Origin: Octopus sinensis
Lineage: Eukaryota
Assembly: GCF_006345805.1 (NCBI RefSeq)
Contig: NC_042999.1
Coordinates: 72,540,001-72,604,000, forward strand
Direction: 5' to 3'
DNA length: 64,000 bases
The notes beneath the pieces are model-generated. The model saw only the letters and a program-made list of their open reading frames with translations, was not told where the DNA came from and did not search any database. The number at the start of each line of letters is the position of its first letter. Within the stretch, counting starts at the first letter, position 1. The translations under genes were made by a program, and so were the position numbers. Below, piece after piece: positions 1 to 64,000 of the stretch.

Positions 1-2532
1 TTAGTTGGGCTATGACCCTCTCCGTAACCTTCATTACCTGATCCAACAGCTTGATACCTCTGTAATTATTTGTATCCAGGGCATCACCTTTACCTTTGTA
101 GCAGTTGACTAGTATGCTGCTACACCAGTCATTGGGTATGACTCCTTCGTGTATCACCTGGTTGACTATACGGGTGACTAGGTTATAGCCGACACTGCCA
201 GATATTTTGAGCATCTCTGCAGTAATTCCTGATGGGCCTGGGGCTTTCCCTGTCTTCATGCTTCTAATTGCCTTAGCTACCACGGAACTATCAACTCGGA
301 TAGCTGGTCCCTCTGTTGGGTCAACATTCGGCAGACTCTCTTTATCCCATTCATTTTCTTTATTCAGCAACCTTTCATAGTGGCATCTCCAAACCTCTCT
401 CTTTGCATCCTCATTTAGCGCAAGTGAACCATCATCCATGCGAACACACTTCTCTCCTACCACATCACGATTCTCTCTCACACACTGTCTTGCAACACGA
501 AATACCTCAAGTCTTTCATCCTCACGGCTCAGAACATTGGCAAATTTTTTCTTATCCGCTTCCCCTCTGGCTAAATAAACCTGTCTCCTAGCTTCCCTTT
601 TGGCTGTCTGATACAATTCCCTGCTACCACCGTTCTTCCAGTCCTTCCAAGCCTGTCTCTTTTGTCTAATAGCCCTGTCAACCACAGTGTTCCACCACCA
701 TGTTACTCTGGGTCGAGATGGTACTTTGCTCCATCCACAGATCTGGTCAGTGGCTGTCAGCAGATTGTCCCGTAGGAATCTCCAGTTGTCTTCCACACTA
801 AGTGAAGCTATATCCCCTTCTATTTCGTCAGAGGCTTCGAGTAGTATGTCTCTAAATCTGTCCATTTGCAGGATCTTTAAGCTTCCAGACCCTTCTCCTC
901 CAAGCTGGTCTTCTTCTGGGCAACCATTTAGCTCTGATCCTGAAGTCGCTAACTACTAATCTATGTTGGGGAGTACATTCTTCGCCTGGGAAGGTTTTGG
1001 CATTTATAATCAGCCCTCTTTCCCTCTTTCTGGCAAGGATGTAGTCAATCTGGCTGGTGTGTCTGCCAGAACAGTGACTAGGTGAGAGGTGGGTTTCCTG
1101 AAGTGGGTATTGCAGACCATAAGGTCATTTGCATCGCAGAACTCCAGCAGCCTGGTTCCTTCCTCATTTCGAGAGCCAAAACCGTAGCCTCCATGGACGC
1201 CATGGAAGCCCCCGACATGTCGTCCAACATGTCCATTGAAATCACCTGCCACGAAGAGAAGGTCACTGTCATTTGTCAATGAGGTAGTCCGCAATAGGGT
1301 GTCATAGAATTGGTCTTTTTGTCCTTCCGGTAGCCCTGGTTGAGGGGCATATGCCGAGATGATGGTAGCTGTCCTATGGTGAAGAACTAATCTAATTTTT
1401 ATTACTCTGTCACTTACTCTGACTACCTCGATTACCTTACCTACCCATTTCTCCGCAAGAAGTATACCCACGCCCCCGACTCCGTCAGTGTTCCCTGCCC
1501 AGAAAATCTTGTACCTGTGTTCCTTGCCTGTGAGGAGCCTAGCAGAACCTCCTCTCCACCTTACTTCCTGGATACAGCATACATCCACACGTCTCCGTTC
1601 AAGCAGCTCTACAATCTCTCCAGACCTACCTTTCAATGTGCCAACATTGAGCGTGCCAACTCTGAGGGTTTGGGATGTGTGGGCATCAGAGACCCTGGGA
1701 CGAGGGACAGCCGTGTCATGTACCTGAAAAGAAAGCTTGCATTTGGCAGATTTCATATGGAAACTCTCGACTACAACCTGCATACTTTTCACAATTTTTT
1801 GCGCTATATGTTCAGATAAACCCTTCATAGGTGCTAGTGGGGGTGGGACAGTTTCCGGTATTTGGGTAGAAACTTCCGGTATTGGTGGTGGGGGTGGGAG
1901 GGTGGGCGACAAAATCGAAGCAACTAGTTTGAATACTATATTTGAGGGGGAGAAATAATTAATTAGATAAAAACTGAATGAAAGCCAGAGAGAGAATGAG
2001 TGAAAATAGATAAATAATAAAAAAATACTGTAGAGAAAGAAAATAGATAAATAATGAAAAAAATACGTTAGGAAACGAGGGGGCATATTTTCGAAGGAGA
2101 ATGGGATAAACATAGAAGATGGCTCTGAAGGAAAATAAACTTTAAAAATGCAATGCATGTAGTCGCCATGTTTAGAGAAGAGAAACGAAGGGAGAACAGA
2201 TCAAGCTATCCAAACAAAACGCTTAAAAATATGAAAAGAGCAGGATGAGATTTGACTTAACTGGCCATTTTTGGAAGTCTGTGTTTTCTCTGAAGGTGTA
2301 GCGAGTGAATGGGGATGGGATACGATCGCTGGCTGGCTTTTATAGGGGAATTAGGGAGGGGGACGGAAACACGAGAGAGAGAGAGAGAGAAAATCGAAGC
2401 AACTAGTTTGAATACTATATTTGAGGGGGAGAAATAATTAATTAGATAAAAACTGAATGAAAGCCAGAGAGAGAATGAGTGAAAATAGATAAATAATAAA
2501 AAAATACGGTAGAGAAAGAAAATAGATAAATA
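1..2532 (-). mobile_element. 5' portion of a young RTE-clade LINE (AP endonuclease into the start of RT), running off the left edge; one frameshift near 1070
   Basis: LRVGTLNVGTL, CCIQEVRW, ISAYAPQ, VAGDFNGHVG, RNEEGTRLLEFC; after the frameshift SQIDYIL...QHRLVV; near position 1 GKAPGPSGITAEML and YKGKGDALDTNNYRGIKLL. The 5' boundary is uncertain. Confidence 0.9.
1911..2532. repeat. 143-bp direct repeat pair (1911-2053 and 2390-2532)
   Basis: Read by eye, the copies are identical except tactgtag vs tacggtag. Confidence 0.9.
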
Positions 2533-4327
2533 CACACATACATATACATGCATACATATATATATATACATACATGTATACATACAGGCTTCCTATCAAA
2601 ACATCTCATGAGCCTTTGTTCAACCTAGGCCTATAGTAGAATACACTTGTCCTAAGTGCCACACAGTGGGAAGGAACTGGAAACTAATAGCTAGAAGTAG
2701 TGACATTATTATGACTAGGTTAATTGTGACACTAGGTGTCACATATCAACAGGTCATTTGCCAGCTTTGTTCCTTGAAAGACATTTGGATTAAGAGGTCT
2801 GACTTAAAAACCAGGTAAAAGTTAGTGTCTGGAAGAGCATCTAGCTTCAAAACAATGCCTCGATAATATATTGATCTAACTCATGCTAGCATAGAAAAAC
2901 AGATTTAAAAAACAAATGGACAAACGAATTTACAATTTCTGTTACATCAAACACAGAGGAAGGAAAAATAGAGAAACGGAGGCAGGCAGGCAGACAGACA
3001 TACAAACATGGACATAGATGTACAAAATGAAAAATATAACAAGAATAAAATGCTATTAAAACTGAAAAACTGAATTAAGAATTTATTGAAATATTTTATT
3101 ATAAATTAAAATTGGCAGGTTTACTACAAATAGTTAAAACAAAAAAATAAGAAAACATTAATTATAATAGTAATTCATGAAAATTTTATGTGGTGTTTCA
3201 CTCATTAACTTTAGAATTTCACATTCATAGATACTTTTAAATTTGATAAAATAAATTCACATTTAATTAGTCATTGTGTTTGGCATTGGAACAAAGCTAT
3301 TATTTCTTTTTATTATTATTATTTTTCTGCAGAGAGAAACACAGTCAATTTACTTGACTTCCAATATTTGACAGGGACTTATTTTTATCAATCCTGAATG
3401 AAAGGCAAAGCCAACTTCCAGCAGAAAATGAACTGAAAACAAAGGGACATAAATACCAGCAGGCATTCATTCCAGTGCTCGACCAATTCCGCCATTCACC
3501 ACCATGTTAGTAGTAAGAATAGCAAATGGCTCCTGATATGAGCAGAAGACCATTATTATTTTTCATTGGAAGGGTGTAATCAATTAAACCAAACCAGCTA
3601 TTTTTATTCACCCCAGAGGGATGAAGGGCAACACTGACCCAGTTGCAATTTAACTTGAAGAAACTGCAAGCAACAAGTCTGAATGTAAAATAATTGCATT
3701 TCAATATTGATTTGTCACTAATAACAAAAATGATAATTCTATATTTAAAGAAAAAATTTGTAAAGGAAACAGAAATTGTGAACATTGTTTTGGGGCAGGT
3801 TTTTAATCAGTGAAAGGTATCACAATATCAAAGATGATAGCAAAATTCCACAGGAGAGTATGACAACATTAGTATAGTAGGCATTGCAATGCAAAGAGGA
3901 GAAACAGGGAATATATGTCATAATTTCTGCAACATAATACACTCACACATACATACACACTTTCATAAATATATATATCATCATCGATGATGATATACAT
4001 ATATATACATACACAGGCAAACTTATGTATGCATATATATATATGTACATACATATATAGATATATACATACACATGCAAACTTATGTGTGCATATATAT
4101 ATATATACTTACACAACCATACATAAATGCACACACACACACACACACAAACAACTTTTCACTCATCCATTCACATATATATATATAAACTACGAAAATA
4201 TATGAAGAGCATTAGTTGTCAAGAAAGTCATGCTACAGATTAATAAGAAGTCTTTCTGAAGCATTGGTCAAGAAACAACATTGTTGTACCAACCGATACC
4301 TCACTTTGAGTATATTTTTTTTTCCCT

Positions 4328-57085
<52,758 letters not shown>

Positions 57086-57189
57086 TCTTTCGAATTATTG
57101 AATGTAACCGCGCAGTAGTAATTGTATCTTGTAGTGTAAGAAAAGATAAAGTGTATGATACTAGAGACGAAAATATCAACAATAGAATC

Positions 57190-57255
57190 AATCGCCACTT
57201 CCTCAATATGGCGGCGATTTCTGTTTTTCCTCGAATGCCGTGACGTCACAGTCAC
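57190..57255 (-). promoter_or_regulatory. SERINC proximal promoter: ETS-like CACTTCC, YY1 site, CRE palindrome
   Basis: CACTTCC at about 57196-57202; CAATATGGCGGC at 57204-57215 (matches YY1 consensus CAANATGGCGGC); TGACGTCA at 57241-57248; local CpG enrichment just upstream of the ATG. Confidence 0.7.
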
Positions 57256-57851
57256 CTGACTTAAATCATGTGTTGCTGAGTTTGTTTATTGTTCGACACC
57301 AACTAGTTTAGTCGCAACTCTTACCCTGTCTCTCTCACTTCCTCTCTTTCATTTATCTTATCTAACACTTCTCTTCTCACTCTTTCTCACTAGTCTTCTT
57401 CCTCTCTCACCTTTTCTCTCTCTCCTCTTTCTTCCTCTCTCACCTTTTTTCTCTCTCCTCTTTTTTGTCCGTCCCTCCTCAATTGTTTCTCTAAATAAGT
57501 CTTTCTCTCTCCAGTTTGCTCTTTCTCTGTGTCTCTCCCTCTCTTTCTGTTTCTTTCTCTCTTCTCTCTATCTCTCTCGCTCTGTCTCTCTCTTTCCATC
57601 TTTTCCTCTCTCTCATTTCGTTCTCAACTGCTTATTATTTCTTTCTTTCCCTTTTCCAATTCTTTTACTCACTCAATCACAATTGCTTCTCTTATTATTT
57701 CGGCCTCCCTTTCCCCACTTTTCGCTCACGTCTCCCTTCTCAATTATTTTATGCGCCATTGTTCGTTACATTGTTGAGATAGTCAAATGCAATTTATTTA
57801 AAATTTCAATGAATCAAAACACTTTTTGTTGGCTTTAAGTGTGTGTGTGTG

Positions 57852-57883
<32 letters not shown>

Positions 57884-58822
57884 GAGAGATAGACAGACAG
57901 ACAGATAGACAAACAGATAGACAGACAGATAGATAGATAGATAGATAGATTGATAGATATGTTTCTTTATTAGCCACACAGGGCTGCACACAGACAGGAC
58001 AAAATTACAAGGTAGAGCTTTTCTTTTGGAGGTAAAAGAAGGGGGTTTGGTTTTCGATCAAAAGGGATCGTAAATGGAAAGAAAGAGGACAAAATAAGGG
58101 GGCGATATAAAAAAAAAAGGTGGGGGGAAGGAGTTCTTATATATATATTCAAGGAATTATTTGATAGTCTACTATGCTCCGAGCATGTCAGCAACAAACA
58201 GGAAAAAAAAAAAGCTTGCGTTGTCATCCTAAAAGTCCCTAGTGATGACAAGGTCCAATTACTTGATTATTTTAGTACCAAGGTCAGCTCCGATTATGAT
58301 ACACGGTTTAGTGTGATTGGCAGACACATCACAGGCTGCGTTGGCCGTGTTATTGTTTCTATTATAATCTGTCCTAAGGAACTCAACCGCTCAGTAACAA
58401 ACATAACGTTCAAGCTACCAAATATTTATTTATAAAACAACTTAGATACGTCGTCGGTCAAAGTACTGTTATTTAATTGAAAATGTAATAGAACGGATGT
58501 TCCTGTCATTCATTCATTTCATTCGTTCATTCAATTCCACCGATTGGCTATCAGATCACTTTTTGTTGCGCAACAAGTCTTTCAGAATTCGTGACAGACA
58601 TGTTTAAGCTCTTAGGCAGCGCTGGACTAACTGTTAAGCAAAATAAGCACATGCTTAGAGTATCAATGGAAAGTGTGGGGAGTCACAGAAATGGTAAATG
58701 GTTTACGGCACAAATGATTTTTACTTTAAACTTGATAAATAATATTCGAAGTGGTTTGTATGATCGGAAATACAAATTCGAAGTGGAGATTTTTCATCAG
58801 TAATATAATAAACATAGATAGG

Positions 58823-58857
<35 letters not shown>

Positions 58858-59149
58858 TATTATTATTATTGTTATTGTTATTGTTGTTGTTGTTGTGTTG
58901 TTGTTGTTGTTGTTGTTGTTTATTATTATCATTATAAATTATTTATTTATTTATCTATTTTTCCACAGATTGCGGAATTTGTTGTGAAACATATGACATG
59001 AATTAGAAAAAAAAATAAAAAATTAAATTAGAAAAAATGAACGAAACAGAGAACATAATTGAAAAAATGACAATGCAGTAAACACAAAGAAGCAGGAAAA
59101 AAAAAGCAAAATTCACCACCTTGAAAATTTGGTGGTGCTGGGAAACCTT

Positions 59150-59995
59150 TCTAATGACTATTGGGGCACGCCAGCACGCTTGTAACGTTGCCGCGAGTGA
59201 TGGTGAGGCTGATGCGCTGGAACAACGTCCTTATGAACTTCACCAGTTACCTCAGCTAGGCGAGCTGCCAGTGAAGACAGGAATCTCGCAGTTAGTGGTC
59301 TGACTCCACCAAACGTCTCGAATGTCACAGGATAGAAAATATAGTTGGCCGACAGATCGCAGTACTTCGGAATTTTGTTCCGCTCAGTCGCAGAAGCTTT
59401 GAATCTCGCTCTGACCGCAGCATCCAGGATGTGAGAAGAAGCAAAGGAGTCGCTAACTGTAACATCCCAGACAAGGCAACTGCCCCTCGACCAGGGGCAC
59501 AGGGCGAGACCGTCAGATCTTTTCCCATCACATCTGGACAACCCAGATGATTCCAAGATGGAGTGGATGTTTGCCTGGGTCAAGCTCTTCTTGAGTATAT
59601 GGTTTAACTCTATATGACGTGCGGACCAGCATTCAGGTGGCAAGAAAGACCATGGTGGCCTGTGGAGTCGAGGAGCCTGTCACAACGACAGCTCAAACCT
59701 ATGCATAAGTCAGCTCCCACTCTGAGGGCAATGGAGACACGAAGTTTGTCCAAGCTGAGTAGGCCACCAACGTCAGGCACAGGGATGGTATGAATTCAGT
59801 CACTTGAGTATTTCACGCTGGTCCGACTGGATGAAGTGAGAGTCGAAGGTGGCCTTCAAAATTATGTTGTCCCAAGCTCTCTGACTCCGACAGTCCTCCA
59901 CCTTGCCAGGAGCAGACAAGTCCAATTCATTCCAGTGTTGGAGATCTTCATCCTACTCCCTGTTGGGACTGGTCCATGTTGGGGAGGTGAGGACG
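59150..59995 (-). mobile_element. CRE-clade non-LTR retrotransposon 3' fragment (zinc knuckle + restriction-like endonuclease)
   Basis: LRVG...CRC...DSTGHHGL, then ARHIELNHIL, DGKRSDGL..PW.RG..LVWDVTVSD, NKIPKY and PVTFETFG. Confidence 0.85.
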
Positions 59996-60000
59996 ACGAG

Positions 60001-60353
60001 GGTTCCAGTTGATCCGATCAACGGAACAGCCTGCTCGTGAAATTAACGTGCAAGTGGATGAGCACTCCACAGACACGTGTACCCTTAATGTAGTTGTCTG
60101 GGAGATTCAGTGCGATACAGAATGTGACAAGGATGGCCCTTTGCAATGCAGGTATAACAGAAACAGGAAGAAAGAGTGAGAGAAAGTTGTGGTGAAAGAG
60201 TATAGCAGGGTTCACCACCATCCACTGCCGGAGCCTCGTGAAGCTTTAGGTGTTTTCGCTCAATAAACACTCACAACGCCCTGTCTGGGAATCGAAACCG
60301 CGATTCTACGACGGCGAGTTCGCTGCCCTAACCACTGGGCCATTGCGCCTCCA
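60001..60353 (-). mobile_element. tRNA-derived SINE, near full length; partial copy at about 61670-61740
   Basis: Minus-strand head ggaggcgcaaTGGCCCAGTGGttagg...GTTTCGATTCCc (Pol III A and B boxes). Confidence 0.8.
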
Positions 60354-60949
60354 CACAAACACATGCACATAGTGTGTGTATGTGTGCGTGTGCGCGCACG
60401 CGTGTAGTTTCGTCCCAAAGAAGAACTGACACCGACTATGCTAATTTTTAGGGGAAGTCGTTAAATGCAGGCCATATACCTGAGAATTTTGTCCTGATTA
60501 CATTCGCCTTTTTCAAAAAGGGAAATAGGTCCCCAGCACTTATATTTCATTTCGATGCCACTCATTTCACGCGTCATTAAAGTATTCAAGAGGGTGCAAA
60601 ATTCGAGAATAACTGACTTCCAAGAGGACAACAATCATCTAAGCCCCAACCAACATCCTTTTTGCGTTGACAAAAACTACATAACACAGCTTATGTACCA
60701 GTCTGATGACATGATATTTTAAATACCTTGGTAGAGGAATCCAACACAGAGCTCCTACAACTTGACTTCACTAAGGTATTCGACCGACAAAATCGACCAC
60801 AAGGTTCTGCTGGAGAAACTAACCAACACTGGTGCCCGTGAAAACTTACAGCAAACCAAGTCTTTCTAAGTAAACAGAACGCGACGTATTGTGATTCTTT
60901 TATTCTGTCCCCTCTAACCCAGTAAAAGTCCCCAATAGTTTGACCCCGT

Positions 60950-61096
60950 GCACTAGCGTAGCTAGAGTGTGTGCCGCCCAGGGCGGCCCTTCCGTTTACC
61001 GCCTCTGGACCCCACAAAAACCACATATTGTCTACAGCAGACTCAAATGTGCGCCCAGGGCAGACCGCCGCTACCGTTCCCCAGCTACGCTAGTGC
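60950..61096. mobile_element. GC-rich MITE with perfect 14-bp TIRs, superfamily unresolved
   Basis: gcactagcgtagct...agctacgctagtgc, with an internal gcccagggc repeat. Confidence 0.7.
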
Positions 61097-61129
61097 CCCC
61101 AGGTACAGTGTAGGACGTCCTTCTCGTCA

Positions 61130-61490
61130 TCTATCTATCTATATATAAAATCCTTTATCACTCTGTCTGTTACCAATGCATTCTCAAACGGCTCAACCAA
61201 ATCAAATAAAATATTACATGGTAATACTATGAGACCACATGAATGTCAACATGTAATTTTAGGGGATTAAAATAATGCAACATTGGCACTAGTTCCGTAT
61301 TATGTCTCAAAACTCGAAGAATAAAACTGAAACTTTCGACAGAGTAACAATTATAAATGGTGTCACTTTTATATTGTTTCACTTTTATTCTTTCACTTTT
61401 AATAGTTTCACTTTTAATAGTTTCACTATGTATATATATAAAGTGAAATTGAAACAAAATAAACAGCCCTAACCCTAACTCTAACTTATA
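61130..61490 (+). mobile_element. Possible non-autonomous Helitron 5' portion
   Basis: tctatctatatataaaa start, followed by ctgtctgt...ctcaaacggctcaacc; tttcacttttaatag subrepeats; ccctaaccctaac. Confidence 0.4.
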
Positions 61491-62932
61491 AAAAATTTCA
61501 GCTCATCCGTTTGGGAAAAGTGGATGTACTTAAGCAACCAAACTCTCTTCCCTCTGAAGAGCTTTCAATGATATCATATCATACTGGAGTCATGTGCGTA
61601 ATTACCAACAATATTCAAAGCTGAAGTGCCCACATCAACACTGACATTCCGTCGGTTGCGACGACGACAGTTCCAGTCGATCCGATTAACGGAACTGCCT
61701 GCTCGTGAAATTAACGTGCAAGTGACTGAGCTTTTCACAGAATCAAAAGTCATCATCTTTCTATTCTCTTACTTTATTTCTGTCTCACTTTGAATACTGT
61801 TGTCCATTCAGTTATGACTACTGAAATACCAAAGAGATTAATTACAAAAATGAAAACAAATACTGACAGGCCTTGGTTACTGAGATCGTCTCAAAAAGTT
61901 CAAACGTTGTTCTCTCCAACATCGCTGTCAGCGCTACATTTGTACAATGCTGAAAATATTCCATTAGCGTTGTTCAAACGATGTTGGTATCAAGTGTAAA
62001 AATCACCGAAGGCTAAGCCCTCAACAAAAATCGACATAACTTCTTTTTTTTTTTTTATCTCATCTGGCTCTGCAATGTTTAAAACTATTCCGAAATAAAT
62101 CCAAGGTACCTGGCCAAATTCCTGCAAGAAATACCAGATAAACTACCAACCACGTGTTTCGATTAACAGCTCCTTGCTATATGGTACCTTTAGCAGAGAC
62201 CATTCTCTCGCAAGTATTCGGGTCATGTCAGCGGCTTGAGAATACCTTCTCTCCATCTCACACCAGTTTCGGGAGCCCAGTAATGAGTTATGACCACAGC
62301 GCTTTCCTCATGACTAAGAGATTAAAAAAAAAATAGATGCACATTCGCAGCTGAAACATCTCTAGAGTTTTTGTGTTATTAAGATCGATTATGAAGGACA
62401 AGTAAAAGCTGGGCAGAGAACAAGGTGTTGCCTGTAAACGTTGGCCCACGAAACCCTTGACACGACAGGAATAGCAGAAAAGCCATCAAAAACAACGTAG
62501 ACACTTCTAAAAAAGCATCTAGATCAATGTTTCTCAATTATTTTTTATCTATAGACCCTTTTGATTCTTATTCTACTTTACTGGTCCCTCATAGGCATTC
62601 GATGATTAAGAAATCTTATTACATTTTTATAATTAAATATTATTAAAAATTCATTTATTATTTCTGTTATTTATTTGTCATTTGATTGCGGTTATGCTGG
62701 AGTACCACTTTGAAGGGTTTAAGTCGAATAAATCGACCCCGAGACTTATTTTCTAAGCCTAGTACTTATTCTATCGGGTTCTTTTGCCGAACTGCTTGGT
62801 TACGGGGGCGTAAACACACCAACAACGGTTGTCAAGAGGTGGTGGGAGGGCAAACACAGACAGAGAGTTACACACACGTACACACACACATGTATGCACA
62901 CACACACACATATATTTATACATACATACAGG

Positions 62933-62971
<39 letters not shown>

Positions 62972-63743
62972 CAGTTGGTTCTTCGTTACAGTCGAGGGTC
63001 ACCAATTGTAACGGTTGCTGTAAAGGTGTTGGTTGCTGGTATGCAAGACGGAATAAGAACAGTGATCGAAGTTGTTAAGAAATATTTATTTACCGTCACT
63101 TCGTATAATACCATGCCTCGACGGGCAGGTGTTTGTATCATATAAAAACAATAGAGTTATCTTTTCTTGTATGTTGTTGCTGGTTATGTTTGGTCAACTG
63201 CTAGCTGCCTAACTAGAAATTAGAGGAAGATAGAGTGAATGTTAAGTGTAGGGCGTCGATAAAATGATACCGTCATTGTGCCTGACATTTAAACATCAGT
63301 GGTGTTGTGATAAGACAATGTATCATAGTTAACAATCTCACTGTAAGCCTTCTCTCAGTTGAATTATATCACTAACTGGATTCTGCCTGTGGTCGCCTTT
63401 GCATCATCTCCTTTTTGCCAATTCACTTTTTCCTACGGTGTTTTAGTATTTATAATCATCCAAACTAGTTTGAAGGAGAAGTATATTGTTGAGAAAAATG
63501 AATTCCGTTGGCGGTCTGTTATCTCCATTCTAGCTTTTGGTGGCCTAGAAGAGGTTAGAAGGCTCAAGTGGCAAAGACATTATTTTGCTTAGCGAAGGCA
63601 TCTGGCAAATGTAACTCCTGTCACTCACAGAAAAACTATTGGTTGACCATGAGAAAAGTGGTGCTGAATTGTTAAGAGAAATTCGGCTACCGAGGATCGA
63701 ATCCACAGTATGTCTGCATGAAACTACTACACACACACGCACG

Positions 63744-63814
<71 letters not shown>

Positions 63815-63976
63815 GACGGGCTTTTTTCGCATTCAGCCTACCAAATCCACTCACAAGGCTTTGGTCGGTCCGAGGTTATAGTAGAAGACACTCGCCGGAG
63901 GTGCCACACAATGGGACCGAACCCGGAACCATGCGATTGTGAAGCTAACTTCTTACTGCACACCCACGCCTACACC
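63815..63976 (-). mobile_element. tRNA-derived SINE; related copies near 2590, 18900, 26465 and 35650
   Basis: ccaaatccactcacaaggctttggtcgg...tatagtagaagacact...gggaccgaacccggaacc. Confidence 0.7.
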
Positions 63977-64000
63977 TGTACTGTATATAAAAAAAAATTG

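Noticed and set aside
1725-2158. N-terminal hydrophobic and Pro-rich part of the 382-aa ORF as a membrane protein
   Set aside because: It is low-complexity translation of the duplicated AT-rich block; only the part below about 1720 is endonuclease.
60280-60353. tRNA gene
   Set aside because: The A and B boxes belong to a SINE head continuous with a repeat body, and no proper cloverleaf is evident.
61467-61486. Telomeric (CCCTAA)n
   Set aside because: There are only about three imperfect units, within a probable transposon fragment.

Overview
This is AT-rich, microsatellite- and SINE-laden eukaryotic DNA; the repeat families look like an octopus or other coleoid cephalopod (inference). Almost all ORFs in the supplied track are spurious. 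The window holds one complete minus-strand gene, a serine incorporator (SERINC/TMS1 family). I traced 12 constitutive coding exons by hand (57085 to 4328, all GT-AG, phases compatible, 1362 nt, 453 aa), with a CRE/YY1/ETS housekeeping-type promoter. The main unexplained structure is in the 15-kb phase-1 intron 10: five frame-preserving microexon candidates (21, 21, 9, 30 and 27 nt), three with the UGC motif typical of neural eMIC/SRRM-regulated microexons. They could combinatorially rewrite the large cytoplasmic loop. The introns also contain a Penelope-like element folded into a 577-bp inverted repeat, minimal hammerhead ribozyme motifs, many inverted RTE-tail repeats (dsRNA/ADAR potential), RTE fragments and several MITEs. 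The flanks hold a young RTE LINE and a CRE-clade fragment.
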